Source of the DNA: the human T2T-CHM13v2.0 reference genome, Homo sapiens
Strand: one strand, 5' to 3'
Length of the DNA: 64,000 nt
Assembly (NCBI RefSeq): GCF_009914755.1
Contig: NC_060946.1
In this document: piece by piece, positions 39,354-53,302 of the stretch
How the letters are laid out: every line of letters begins with the position of its first letter
How positions within the stretch are numbered: position 1 is the stretch's first letter
Position numbers and translations under genes: made by a program
Notes under the pieces: model-generated
Databases searched by the model: none
What the model saw: the letters and a program-made list of their open reading frames with translations, nothing else
What the model was told of the DNA's origin: nothing

Positions 39354-39677
39354 TCATCAACAGCTCCCAAGCTTGCCCCTTTCTCAGCCCCCTTGGTGCT
39401 TGTAGCTGTTCCTTCCGGGATTCCTTTGGCTTCTCCGCCTCTCCCGGTCTTTGCTCTCTGGTAGCTCCTTCCGTGTTCTTCCTCTCCCTTCTTCCCGCTC
39501 TTGCTTGCCCATCTCATCCTGGGCGCTCCCTTCTCTCTGCCTGCGCCTTCCAGCCTTGGCCCTGGTGGCCTCTCCTCTCTTTTCTGGGCTTATCTGCATC
39601 TCCAGGCCAATTCTCAAATCTGAATTCTAGGCCAGGTTTCCGCTTGCTCACAGAAAATCATTTTCAATATCTTACAG

Positions 39678-41269
39678 AATGGGAGCTGAAGGCGGTGCCC
39701 TCTCAACAGCAGGGCATTTGCAAAGAAGAACCGGCCCAGGAGCCCATCATGGAGCGGCCCCTCGGCGGGGCGCAGGCGTGGGGGCGCCAGGCAGGTGCTC
39801 TGCAGAGGAGTCAGGCTGCGCCCTGGGCGCCCGCACCTGCCATGGTCTGGGACGTCCCTGTAGAGGAATTCCCCCTCAGGTGTCCCCTCTTCGCCCAGCA
39901 ACGCGTTCCCGAGGGGGGACCCTTGCTGGACACACGCAAGAACGTCCAGGCCACTGAGGGCAGAACCAAGGCCCCCGCGAGACTGTGTGCAGGGGAAAAC
40001 GCCTCCACGCCAAGTGAGCCAGAAAAGTTCCCCCAGGTGCGCCGGCAGCGCGGGGCGGGCGCCGGGGAGGGCGAGTTCGTGTGCGGCGAGTGCGGGAAGG
40101 CGTTCCGCCAGAGCTCCTCCCTCACGCTGCACCGGCGCTGGCACAGCCGGGAGAAGGCTTACAAGTGCGATGAATGCGGCAAGGCCTTCACCTGGAGCAC
40201 CAACCTTCTGGAGCACCGGCGCATCCACACCGGCGAGAAGCCCTTCTTCTGCGGCGAGTGCGGGAAGGCCTTCAGCTGCCACTCGTCCCTCAACGTGCAC
40301 CAGCGCATCCACACGGGCGAGCGGCCCTACAAGTGCAGCGCCTGCGAGAAGGCCTTCAGCTGCAGCTCGCTGCTCAGCATGCACCTGCGGGTGCACACCG
40401 GCGAGAAGCCCTACCGGTGCGGCGAGTGCGGCAAGGCCTTCAACCAGCGTACACACCTCACACGCCACCACCGCATCCACACGGGCGAGAAGCCCTACCA
40501 GTGCGGCTCCTGCGGCAAGGCCTTCACCTGCCACTCATCCCTCACCGTGCATGAGAAGATCCACAGCGGGGACAAGCCGTTCAAGTGCAGCGACTGCGAG
40601 AAGGCCTTCAACAGCCGCTCGCGCCTCACCCTCCACCAGAGGACGCACACGGGCGAGAAGCCCTTCAAGTGCGCCGACTGCGGGAAGGGCTTCAGCTGCC
40701 ACGCGTACCTGCTCGTGCACCGGCGCATCCACAGCGGCGAGAAGCCCTTCAAGTGCAACGAGTGCGGCAAAGCCTTCAGCTCCCACGCCTACCTCATCGT
40801 GCACCGGCGCATCCACACAGGCGAGAAGCCCTTCGACTGCAGCCAGTGTTGGAAGGCCTTCAGCTGCCACTCGTCCCTCATCGTGCACCAGCGCATCCAC
40901 ACCGGTGAGAAGCCCTACAAGTGCAGCGAGTGCGGCAGAGCCTTCAGCCAGAACCACTGTCTCATTAAACATCAGAAAATCCACTCCGGGGAGAAGTCGT
41001 TTAAGTGTGAGAAATGTGGGGAGATGTTCAACTGGAGCTCGCACCTCACTGAGCACCAGAGGCTGCACAGCGAGGGGAAGCCCTTGGCCATCCAGTTCAA
41101 CAAACACCTGCTCAGCACATACTACGTGCCTGGCAGCCTGCTGGGTGCAGGGGATGCTGGACTGAGGGACGTGGATCCCATCGACGCGCTGGATGTGGCA
41201 AAGCTCTTGTGCGTGGTTCCCCCCAGAGCTGGCAGGAATTTCTCCCTGGGGAGCAAACCTCGAAACTAA
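39678..41269 (+). CDS. ZNF74: ZNF74 last coding exon: linker, 12 C2H2 fingers, C-terminal tail
   Basis: cttacag|AA TGG; 12 CxxC..HxxxH fingers with TGEKP-type linkers. Spliced CDS 34+86+127+96+1592 = 1935 nt = 644 aa + stop. Confidence 0.97.
41089..41168 (-). mobile_element. LINE-2 3'-end fragment inside the ZNF74 coding sequence
   Basis: TTCAACAAACACCTGCTCAGCACATACTACGTGCCTGGCAGCCTGCTGGGTGCAGGGGATGC aligns to the recalled antisense L2 tail TTCAACAAACATTTATTGAGCACCTACTATGTGCCAGGCACTGTGCTAGGCGCTGGGGATAC. Confidence 0.75.
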
Positions 41270-42710
41270 CATGATGTGCTTTGGTGTCAGTAGCTGCTTT
41301 CTGAGCTACTCAACAAGGAAAGCACCCTGGTCCTCCCTGGCTCCTAGATCCAGACCACCTTCCTCCAGGTGTGGGAGCCTTGCCTTATCACCCCAATCAG
41401 GTCTGCATGCCAGGGTGCCTCCTCTAGTTAAAGTCAGTCACCTCCCCAGAAGGGCCACACTCCAGGAGGAGTGTTGAGAGTCATTTGAGGTAGTCTTGCC
41501 ACCTGTTTTCCTTGATGGGCCTGGAAGTTGTTGACAAGGGGAAAGATCTTTCTTGCCAATAAAAAGAAGGGATATCGTTGGGTGCCATGGCTCACACCTG
41601 TAATCTTAACACTGTGGGAGGCCAAGGCAAGGGGATCACTTGAGCCCAGGAGTCTAGGACCAGCCTGGACAACATGGTGAGACCTCGTCTCTACAAAAAA
41701 TGCAAAAATTAGCCAGATGTGGCGGCATGTCCCTGTGGTCCCAGCTACTCAGGAGGCTGAGGTGGGAGGATCATTTGAGCCTAGGAGGTCAAGGCTGCAG
41801 TGAGCCATGATTCACAGCACTGCACTGCAGCCTGGGTGACAAAGCAAGACCCTGTGTGAAATTAAAAGGAGGTATATCAACTGTTGTATCCTCGGACGGG
41901 CTCCTGACATGGCTTTAATCAGGAGTTTCCTCCATAAACTATTATTTTCAGAATAATAATAAAACAAGAATTATGACTAGCATCACTTTCCAGTGAACAT
42001 TATTATATTGCTAGAGAGGAGAATAATCTTGGGTGGTGGGCATTTGGAAAAAGTGAATTTCCTGGACTTAACTCATGTAAATAGCTCTACTGCAGAGCTG
42101 TGTGTTTAGTGACAGTGCAGTCAGGGGCATTCCCACAGCTGTCACAGCACGGCCCAGCATCATTGTAGCCAGATCCTAACATGCCAACATCACCTCTTGC
42201 CATTTAGCCCCTAGTGAGAAATTGGGAGCTACCAGGCAGGTGCCCAGTGCATTCAGGGAAGATGGGCACAACATCAGGATGGGTGTGTCTGGAAGCTCCT
42301 CTTCACTGACCAGGGCTGGGCAGGGCCACCCTGGGCTGGTGAGGCTGCCCTGCAGGGCTTCTCACTATGTAGCACCAGTCACCAGCCCAGGTCACAGAAG
42401 AAGCCCCTCCCAGCACCCACTGGAGAGGGGAAGCTGAAGCCCAGGGAGACGGGCTCCATGGTGGTCCCACATGGAGCTGTTTTGCAAACCCTGGAAAAGG
42501 CGGCTCTCCCTGTCCCAACACTCTTCAGAGACAGGAAGACAGAGTTAATCTTGAATGAATGTTATTTCTACTTAGTCCTAAGCAAGAATAAGCTGCCCTC
42601 TTGGTGATCATACTTTATACGGAGTGCTATCGTTTATGAAATGCTTTCAGTATGCTTTTTAAATTATGCAGGCAAAATAACCACACTTCAGAAAATGTGG
42701 ACTTCTGAAA

Positions 42711-42737
42711 AATAAAATCCCCATAATTCTTAATAAA
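42711..42737 (+). terminator. ZNF74: Probable distal ZNF74 polyadenylation signals (tandem AATAAA)
   Basis: AATAAA at 42711 and 42732 followed by U-rich sequence; further proximal AATAAA at 41558 and 41958. Confidence 0.55.
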
Positions 42738-42895
42738 ACTGCCTTTTGCACTTTGATACATTACCCTCTGCTTTGTTCATGTAGAACTTTGCATTATTTT
42801 CAACACAGTGTATCTATAGTTTTTATCTTTTTTCCCTCTTTAGCTTTGTAGCAGATTTTTTTTTCAAGCATCTAAACTGTCCTCGTTATACTTCT

Positions 42896-43198
42896 TTTTT
42901 TTTTAAATTATACTGTAAGTTCTAGGGTACGTATGCACAACGTGCAGGTTAGTTACATATGTATACATGTGTCATGTTGGTGTGCTGCACCCAGTAACTC
43001 GTCATTTAACATTAGGTATATCTCCAAATGCTATCCCTCCCGCCTCCCCCCACCCCACAACAGGCCCTGGTGTGTGATGTTCCCCTTCCTGTGTCCATTG
43101 TTCAATTCCAACCTATGAGTGAGAACATGCGATATTTGGTTTTTTGTCCTTGCGATAGTGTGCTGAGAATGATGGTTTCCAGCTTCATCCATGTCCTT
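42896..43198 (-). mobile_element. Short L1PA 3' fragment
   Basis: TTATACTGTAAGTTCTAGGGTACGTATGCACAACGTGCAGG L1PA 3'UTR; TSD GTTATACTTCT at 42885 and 43199. Confidence 0.85.
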
Positions 43199-44275
43199 GT
43201 TATACTTCTAAACAGAGGCACAGTGTTCTCTCTGGTCTCTTAGATACTCTTTTGTTGGATGTTGAAGTTATTTCCATGGTGCAGTGGTGTGATCACAGCT
43301 CACTGAAACCTCAACCTCCCTGGCTCAGGTGATCCTCCCACCTCAACCTCCTGAGTGGTTGGGACTTTGGGACTACAGGTGTGCGCCACCACGCCCAGCT
43401 AAATTTTTGGGGGGGGCAGGGGGTCTCGCTGTGTTGCTCAGGCTGGTATTGAACTCCTGGTCTCAAGCGATCCTCCCACCTCAGCCTCTCAAAGTGTTGG
43501 GGTTACAGGCATGAGCCACTGCACCCAGTCTATTGATCTTTCTTTTTGAAAAATATTTGAATATGCCCTTTGTCCCTCTTTATATTGGAGTCTTGATGTT
43601 TTTCTTTTATGTATGTAAAAACTTTTCCCTGATTATGAATATTATATGTATACTGCAGAAAATTTTTAAAAATCACAAAATCATAATAAAAATGACCCTC
43701 AGGTTCCAGCTCAGTGGCTCATGCCTGTACTTTGAGAGGCCAAGGCAAGATTGCTTGAGCCCAGGAGTTCAAGACCAGCCTGGGCAACATAGGGAGATCC
43801 CATCTCTACAAAAAATACAAAAAAAAAAAAAATTAGCTGGGCATGGCGGTGCGTGCCTGTAGTCACAGCTACTCTGGAGGCTATGGTGGGAGGATCACTT
43901 GAGCCCAGGAGGTCAAGGCTGTAGTGAGTCATAATGGCACCACTGCACTCCAGCCTGGGTGACAGAGCAAGACTGTCTCAAAACAAACACCTTCAGAATC
44001 AGTTCATGGATCATTACCATTATTAACATTTAGATGCGTTTTCTTGCAGTTGTTTTCTATGCATGTATACATATCTTTTTTCTTTTAAAAGAAAATTAGG
44101 CTGGGTGCGGTGGCTCACGCCTGTAATCCCAGCACTTTGGGAAGCCGAGGTGGGCAGATCACCTGAGGTCAGGAGTTTGAGACCAGCCTGGCCAACATGG
44201 TGAAACCCCTGTCTCTACTAAAAATACAAAAATTAGCCGGGTATGGTGGCCGGTGCCTGTAATCACAGCTAGTCA

Positions 44276-44413
<138 letters not shown>

Positions 44414-45001
44414 CTACATATTATTTTTATCATTTTCCATTTAACATTTTATGATAAGCATTTTCTATGTTATAAAATATTTTCAGACATAATTGGCCAC
44501 ATCATTTTCTGTCTTACAGTTGTATCTTAATTTATCTATTCCCTTACTATTGAACATCAAGATTGTTTGTGCCTATAAATAATTATTTAACATAGGCCTC
44601 TGTTCCCATCTTTGATCATTTCCTCTGAGTACGTTCTGAGAAATGCAGTTAACTGGTGAAGGTTATGAACACTGAAGCTCGTTGGTGTTCCTGGGTGGAA
44701 TCTGATCTGGTGGACCTGCTGTGAGCTGTTCCCATCGGCTCTGACATGACGCTGTGAGCTGTTCCTCCCTGGACGAACATGTTCCTCCCATGACGCTGTC
44801 ACCACTCCCTGGCCAGCATGGGGTCGTTCCGGCCTTGATTTTTATATCTGCCATTTTGAGGCTTTAAGAATGTTATTTGTCCCTGCTTGTTGGCCGTTTG
44901 TTTTTCTCTTCATATGTGTGGTCTGTTCTTGTCTTTTGTCCACTATTCTCTTTGGTTTATTTCACACACACACATACACAGAGAGACACACAGATGCATA
45001 A

Positions 45002-45352
<351 letters not shown>

Positions 45353-45892
45353 TAGCCAGGATGGTCTCGATCTCCTGACCTTGTGATCCGCCTGCCTCGG
45401 CCTGCCAAAGTGCTGGGATTACAGGCGTGAGCCACCGTGCCCGGCCAAAAAGGACTCTTAAAACTCAACAATAAGAACATGAACGGCTGGGCACAGCCGT
45501 TCATGACACAGATGGCTGTGTCATGGGCCATAGAATAATTTAAAAAACAATAAAAGTCTCAGCTGGGCACAGTGGCTCATGCCTATAAACACAGCATTTT
45601 GGGAGGCTGAGGTGGGAAGATCACTTGAGGCCAGGAGCTCGAGACCAACATGGACAACATAGCAAGACTCCATCTCTACCAAAAAAACAAAAAAAATTAG
45701 TTGGGCATGGTAATATGCACCTGTAATCCCAGCTGCTTGGAGACTTAGGCAGGAGGATTGCTTGAGCCCAGGAGTTCAAGTCTAGTGAGCTATGATTGTG
45801 CCACTGCACTTTAGCCTGGGCGACAGAGCAAGACCTTGTCTCAAAAAAAAAATTCTATTTTTTAATAAATGGACCTGAATATTTTACCGTAG

Positions 45893-46366
<474 letters not shown>

Positions 46367-47966
46367 CTAGGGTGATACGATGACATGGATTTGGGACTCC
46401 CTGGAGGAGGCCACACACACACAAAATGCAACTCTACAAGGGGAGGGAACAGAAACTGAAACAGGTATCTGCAATGTGCCTGGATCCGAATTTCAAAATG
46501 TGTTGAAGAATTATGGATTTACACCATGAGAAAAGCACTGGTTGGCTTTTGTGCCTGCTTCACTTTGGCTCTGAGTTAACTTCAAACACTGCCAAACACA
46601 ATGCTAGCACATGGTGACCCTCAAACTAATAATTTATAAGATGGGATCCACTTCCCCGGTGGAAGTGGCCACATGCTGCCCTCTCCCCACCCCCACGGCA
46701 TACTTGGGCATGACCTGCAGCCTTTTGTTGCCATCCAGGTTCGTGTTCATTCTGCTGGTGCAGTAAATCAACCACTATGACATGGTTTTGCAAAAAAGAA
46801 AAGATTTATTCACAAGGGCACTGATCGGGGAGGTGGATCCTTTTTAAGTCCTTAAGTCTTTCGTCCCCCGAAGATAAGTAACAGCTTCCTTCTGTGTGAG
46901 CATGGCTGGAGTTCATGGCATTTCACAAGACACGTGTACAGAAGAGGGTAGCATTAGCATTTTCCAAAGGCGGAGTTTTTGGCCCTCCAGTGTCAAAAGG
47001 CCACCTTTCGGGCACTTGTGCAGGCCCAATTGAAGGGTTGGTGGTCTCAACCAGTTTGAACTGGACAGGAGCTGGCCCAAGTTCCTGAAAAACAACTGAA
47101 GAAGCCGGCACCATGGTGACTTATGCATGTTATCTATACAGTAGCCAGGGAAGGTTAAGTTTCAGCATTCAGCGGCAAGGCTTTCAGCTACTGTGGCCCT
47201 TAAGCTTCACAGAAAAAGGAGAAAAAAAAATTAAAAACCAAATGACCCAAAAGCAAGCAGAGCAGGCAGACCTGGCCAAATTAACCCTTCAGTTTCACTT
47301 TCCCTTGCTCTGTTGGGCATTTGTGGCTTGGAAAATGGCCCCCTCCTGCCGCAGACAGACCCTTTACTGCTGACACCAATCATTACATTGATCTGTCGTG
47401 GTTCAGTGCACCACTGCACTCCAGCCTGGGCAACAGAGTGAGACCCTGTCAAAAAGGAAAGGAAAGGATAGGAAAAGGGAAGAGAAGAGAAAGGGGAAGG
47501 GGCAAGGGAAGGGGAAGGGGAGGAGGGAGGGAAAGAAAGGAAGAAAATAAAAGAAAGAAAAGAGAAAAAAGAAAAAGAAAAAAAGAAAAGAAAAGAAAAT
47601 GCACAGTGAGTTAGATTTGGCCTGGAGGCTGTAGCTTGCCAACTCCTCCTCTGGATTCATGGATTAGAGTTTAAGGAAGAGATGGAGAAGTATGGCAGAA
47701 GAACTGGAGTGAGGCCGAACCCCGTGGTGTTCTAGAAGAAAGGCTCTTGACACAAGCATCTGGCAGTTATTTTTCAGGGGAGAACCTACAAATTATAAGG
47801 CTGTGCAGCTCCCCTTACTAGTCAAGTGATTACACTTTTGTTTTCTTTTATTTTTTTTTAGAGACAGGATCTCCCTCTGTCACCCAGGCTGGAGTGTGGT
47901 GCCGCAGTCACAGCTCACTGCAGCCTCGAACTTGTGGGCTCAAGTGATCCTGCCTCAGCCTCCTGA

Positions 47967-48179
<213 letters not shown>

Positions 48180-48539
48180 TGATTGATTCCAGGACCCTGT
48201 CTTCTCATCCCAAAGCACCAAACCCTACTGACAAGGAAAGAGCCCCCATTTCAGAACTTCCATGGCCACCCCCCAACCCTGGGATTGGCAACTTTGCAAC
48301 CTGGGCTTCTCCGATAATCAGATTTACGGTAAGACCCCAAAGAGGTCCAGGCGCTTCTAAAACAAGTTAGACAGAGAATCCAAACCCAAATCCTCAAGAT
48401 GTGAGCCCACATCACATCCCCCAAAATAGAGCATCCGTGACCACTCCAGCCTTGCTAGGGACACAGCATACTCCTTGACCCTCACCAAAGGACAATTGCT
48501 CTCACAAACACGGGGATCCACTGGTTCCCACGCACTAAG

Positions 48540-48980
48540 CAAACTTTTATGGCCTTAATTGACACTGTTTCCCCAGAGACCCCACTAAATGTAAGGGAGG
48601 AACCCTCTCTGTTCCCTGGGACATAAGACTGAAGGCAAACAAGTCCGCCTTAGCCTGATCACTGGTGCAATAGCTTTGCAGAATATTCCAGTGGTCTCAG
48701 TTCTTTCTGCTCTTGAATTTCTATCACTGGGACAGATGCTCCAATTGGAATAAAACCCACACTTTGTCCCTTACTGTTGGTCTTGGCAGATGAGACCCTG
48801 AGGACCTGCCCAAGCCATTAAAATCATTAATATGACCCAAAATAAATTAAAACAGGGACTTCAAGGATTGAGAGAAGGGGTGACCATCCCCTCTGTTTCT
48901 CCATTTAACAGCCCAATTTGACGTGTTCTTCAAATGGAAAAGAACAAATGACATCTCACAGTCGATGCTGAAACCTTAAC
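48540..48980 (+). mobile_element. ERVL-class internal remnant (protease and RT N-terminus)
   Basis: Hand translation gives FMALIDT (aspartic protease DT motif) and EGVTIPSVSPFNSPI*RVLQMEKNK*HLTVD, resembling ERVL RT (...SPFNSPIWPV.K..G.WR.TVDY). Confidence 0.65.
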
Positions 48981-49359
48981 CCAGGGGGCCATGGGGGCCC
49001 CAGCCCCTGCAGACTGAAAGGATGGAGCCCATTCAGTCTTTTGCTGGCCGATATTTTGCTATTTTTGCTTCCTTGCAGTGTTCCACAGTACCTAATTCAA
49101 CAGGCTCTCAGCCTCTACTCCCATTCTATTTATTGTGGTAAAATATATAACAAAATTTACCGTTTTAACCTTTTTCTTTCTTTTTTTTTTTTTTTGAAAC
49201 AGGGTCTCACTCTGTCACCCAGGCTGGAGTACAGTGGTGCCATTGCAGATCACTGCAGCCTCAACCTCCTGGGTTCAAGTGATCCTCCCACCTCAGCCTC
49301 CTGAGTAATTAGGATTACAGGCTTAAGCCACCATGCCCAGCCTACTTTAATCATTTTTT

Positions 49360-50756
49360 AATTTTAATTTTATTTATTTTTTTAAATTTTACTTTAAGTT
49401 CTGAGATTCATGTGCAGAACGTGCAGGTTTGTTACATAGGTATACACATGTCATAGTGGTTTGCCGCAGCTGTCAACCCGTCATCTAGGTTTTAAGCCCT
49501 GCATGCCTTAGGTATTTCTCCTAATGCTGCCCCTCCCGCAGCCCCCCATCCTCAGACAGGCCCCGGTGTGTGATACTCCCCTCCCTGTGTCCATGTGTTC
49601 TCATTGCTCAACTGCCACTTATAAGTGAGAACATGCAGTGTTTGGTTTTCTGTTCCTGTGTTAGTTTGCTGAAAATGATGGCTTCCAGCTTCATCCGTGT
49701 CCCTGCAAAAGACATGAGTTCATTATTTTTTATGGCTGCATAGTATTCCATGGTGTATATATGCCACATTTTCTTTATCCAGTCTATCACTGATGGGCAT
49801 TTGGGTTGGTTCCAAGTCTTTGCTATTGTAAATAGTGCTGCAATAAACATATGTGTACAGGTGTCTTTACAGTAGAATGATTTATAATCCTTTGGGTATG
49901 TACCCAGTAATGGGATCACTGGGTCAAATGGTATTTCTGGTTCTAGATCCTTGAGGAATCGCCACAATGTCTTCCACAATGGCTGAACTAATTTACACTC
50001 CCACCAACAGTGTAAAAGCGTTCCTATTTCTCCACAGCCTTGCCAGCATCTGTTGTTTTCTGACTTTTTAATAATCGCCATTCTAACTGGTGTGAGATGG
50101 TATCTCATTGTGGTTTTGATTTGCATGTCTCTAATGACCAGTGATGATGAGCGTTTCTTCATATGTTTGTTGGCTACATAAATATCTTCTTTTGAGAAGT
50201 GTCTGTTCATATCCTTTGCCCACTTTTTGATGGGGTTGTTTTTTTCTTGTAAATTTGTTTAAGTTCCTTGTAGATTCTGGATATTAGACCTTTGTCAGAT
50301 GGGTAGCTTGCAAAAGTTTTCTCCCATTCTGTAGGTTGCCTGTTCACTCTGATGATAGTTTCATTTGCTGTGCAGAAGCTCTTTAGTTTGATTAGATTCC
50401 ATGCGTCAATTTTGGCTTTTGTTGCCATTGCTTTTGGTGTTTTAGTCATGAAGTCTTTGCCCATGCTTATGTTCTGAATGGTATTGCCTAGGTTTTCTTC
50501 TAGGGTTTTTACGGTTTTTGGGTTTTACATTTAAGTCTTTAATCTATTTTGAGTTAATTTTTGTATAAGGTATAAGGAAGGGGTCCAGTTTCTGTTTTCT
50601 GCTTGTGGCTAGCCGGTTTTCCCAGCACCATTATTAAACAGGGAATCCTTTTTCCATTTCTTGTTTTTGTCAGGTTTGTCAAAGATCAGATGGTTGTAGA
50701 TATGTGGTGTTATTTCTGAGGTCCCTGTTCTGTTCCATTGGTCTATATATCTGTTT
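49360..50756 (-). mobile_element. L1PA 3' fragment (~1.4 kb); L1 part of a U6-L1 chimera
   Basis: ORFs 49608..50210 and 50207..50464 are L1 ORF2 C-terminus ([11 protein letters not shown]..., [17 protein letters not shown]...). Confidence 0.95.
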
Positions 50757-50774
50757 AAAAATATGGAACACTTT

Positions 50775-51183
<409 letters not shown>

Positions 51184-51273
51184 TATTTTAATCATTTTTA
51201 AGTGCACGGTTTAGTGACATTAAGTACATTCACTGCCATCTATTTCTAGAATCTTTTCATCACCCGAAACTGA

Positions 51274-51929
<656 letters not shown>

Positions 51930-52059
51930 TGACTTCTGGCTGTCCTCACCTGGCTATGCCTACTTTGGGGGATAATCTGGGCCTGGGACACCACATCCCC
52001 GTAGCAGGCCCCACCGGGCCGCACAAACAGAACTGCGCCGAAGTTCCCCCAGGCTGTTA

Positions 52060-52374
<315 letters not shown>

Positions 52375-52590
52375 TCAAAAGAAAAAAAAAAGGTGGCACC
52401 GGCCCGGTGCGGTGGCTCACACCTGTAATCTCAGCACTTTCGGAGGCTGAGATGGAAGGATGTCTTGGGCCCGGGGGATGGAGGCTGCAGTGAGCGGTTA
52501 TTGAGTGACTGCGTCCAGCCTGGGCCTCAGAGTGAGGCCGTGCCTCAAAAAGAAGAAGAAAAAAAAAAAAAAAAGCAGCAGCTACCCATC

Positions 52591-52610
52591 CAGCCGCCAG
52601 ATGGCAGCAC
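52591..52610 (+). promoter_or_regulatory. Candidate CTCF binding site
   Basis: CAGCCGCCAGATGGCAGCAC closely matches the CTCF core consensus. Confidence 0.65.
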
Positions 52611-52684
52611 GATTCCATGGCCCCCACTAGCCGCTGGCTGCCTGGTGCCGGATGCAGTCCGAAAGGCGGTTCTGAGCTCCAAGG

Positions 52685-52946
52685 GCCGGCGCCGCGCGTG
52701 CCTGCGGTCCCAGCTGCTCGGGAGGCCCAGGCAGGAGAATCGCGTGACCGGGAGTTCTGCGCTGCAGTGCGCTGTGCCGATCCAGGTCCTCACTGAAGCC
52801 GGCATCAGTATGGTGGCCTCTGCCACCAGGCCGCCTAGGGAGGGGCGAGGCAGCCCCAGTTGGAAACGGAGCGCGTCAGTAGTGGCATCGCGCCTGGGAA
52901 TAGCCTCTGCGCTCCAGCCGGGTCGACCTGCCGAGACTCCGCCTCT
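52685..52946 (+). pseudogene. 7SL (SRP RNA) retropseudogene
   Basis: Alu-like ends plus S-domain sequence not found in Alus: GGAGTTCTGCGCTGCAGTGCGCTGTGCCGATC...GGCATCAGTATGGTGGCCTC...GGAAACGGAGC...TCAGTAGTGGCATCGCGCCTGGGAATAGCC. Confidence 0.9.
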
Positions 52947-53248
52947 AAAACCAGCAAATACCGGGAGGCTGAGGGACGAGGACCACTGGAGCCCGGGAGG
53001 CGGAGGTTGCAGTGAGTAGCTGGGATTACAGGCAGGCGCCACCACGCCCGGGTAATTTTTGTGTTATTAGTAGAGACGGGGTTCCACCATGTTGACCAGG
53101 CAGGTCTTGAACTCCTGACCTCAAGTGATCCACCCTCCTTGGCCTCCCAAAGTGCTGGGATTACGGGCGTGAGCCATTGCGCCTGGCCAAATAAGTAATT
53201 TAAGCAATTTTTTTTGTTTCAGAAAAAAAATTAACTCATAAAGGAGCC

Positions 53249-53254
<6 letters not shown>

Positions 53255-53300
<46 letters not shown>
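53255..53300 (+). repeat. (AC)23 microsatellite
   Basis: Perfect dinucleotide run. Confidence 0.95.

Positions 53301-53302
<2 letters not shown>

Noticed and set aside
39614-41272. Long alternative-frame and antisense ORFs over the ZNF74 finger exon (392, 306 and 245 aa)
   Set aside because: Shadow ORFs produced by repetitive finger codons with very high GC3; no independent start, splice or domain evidence.
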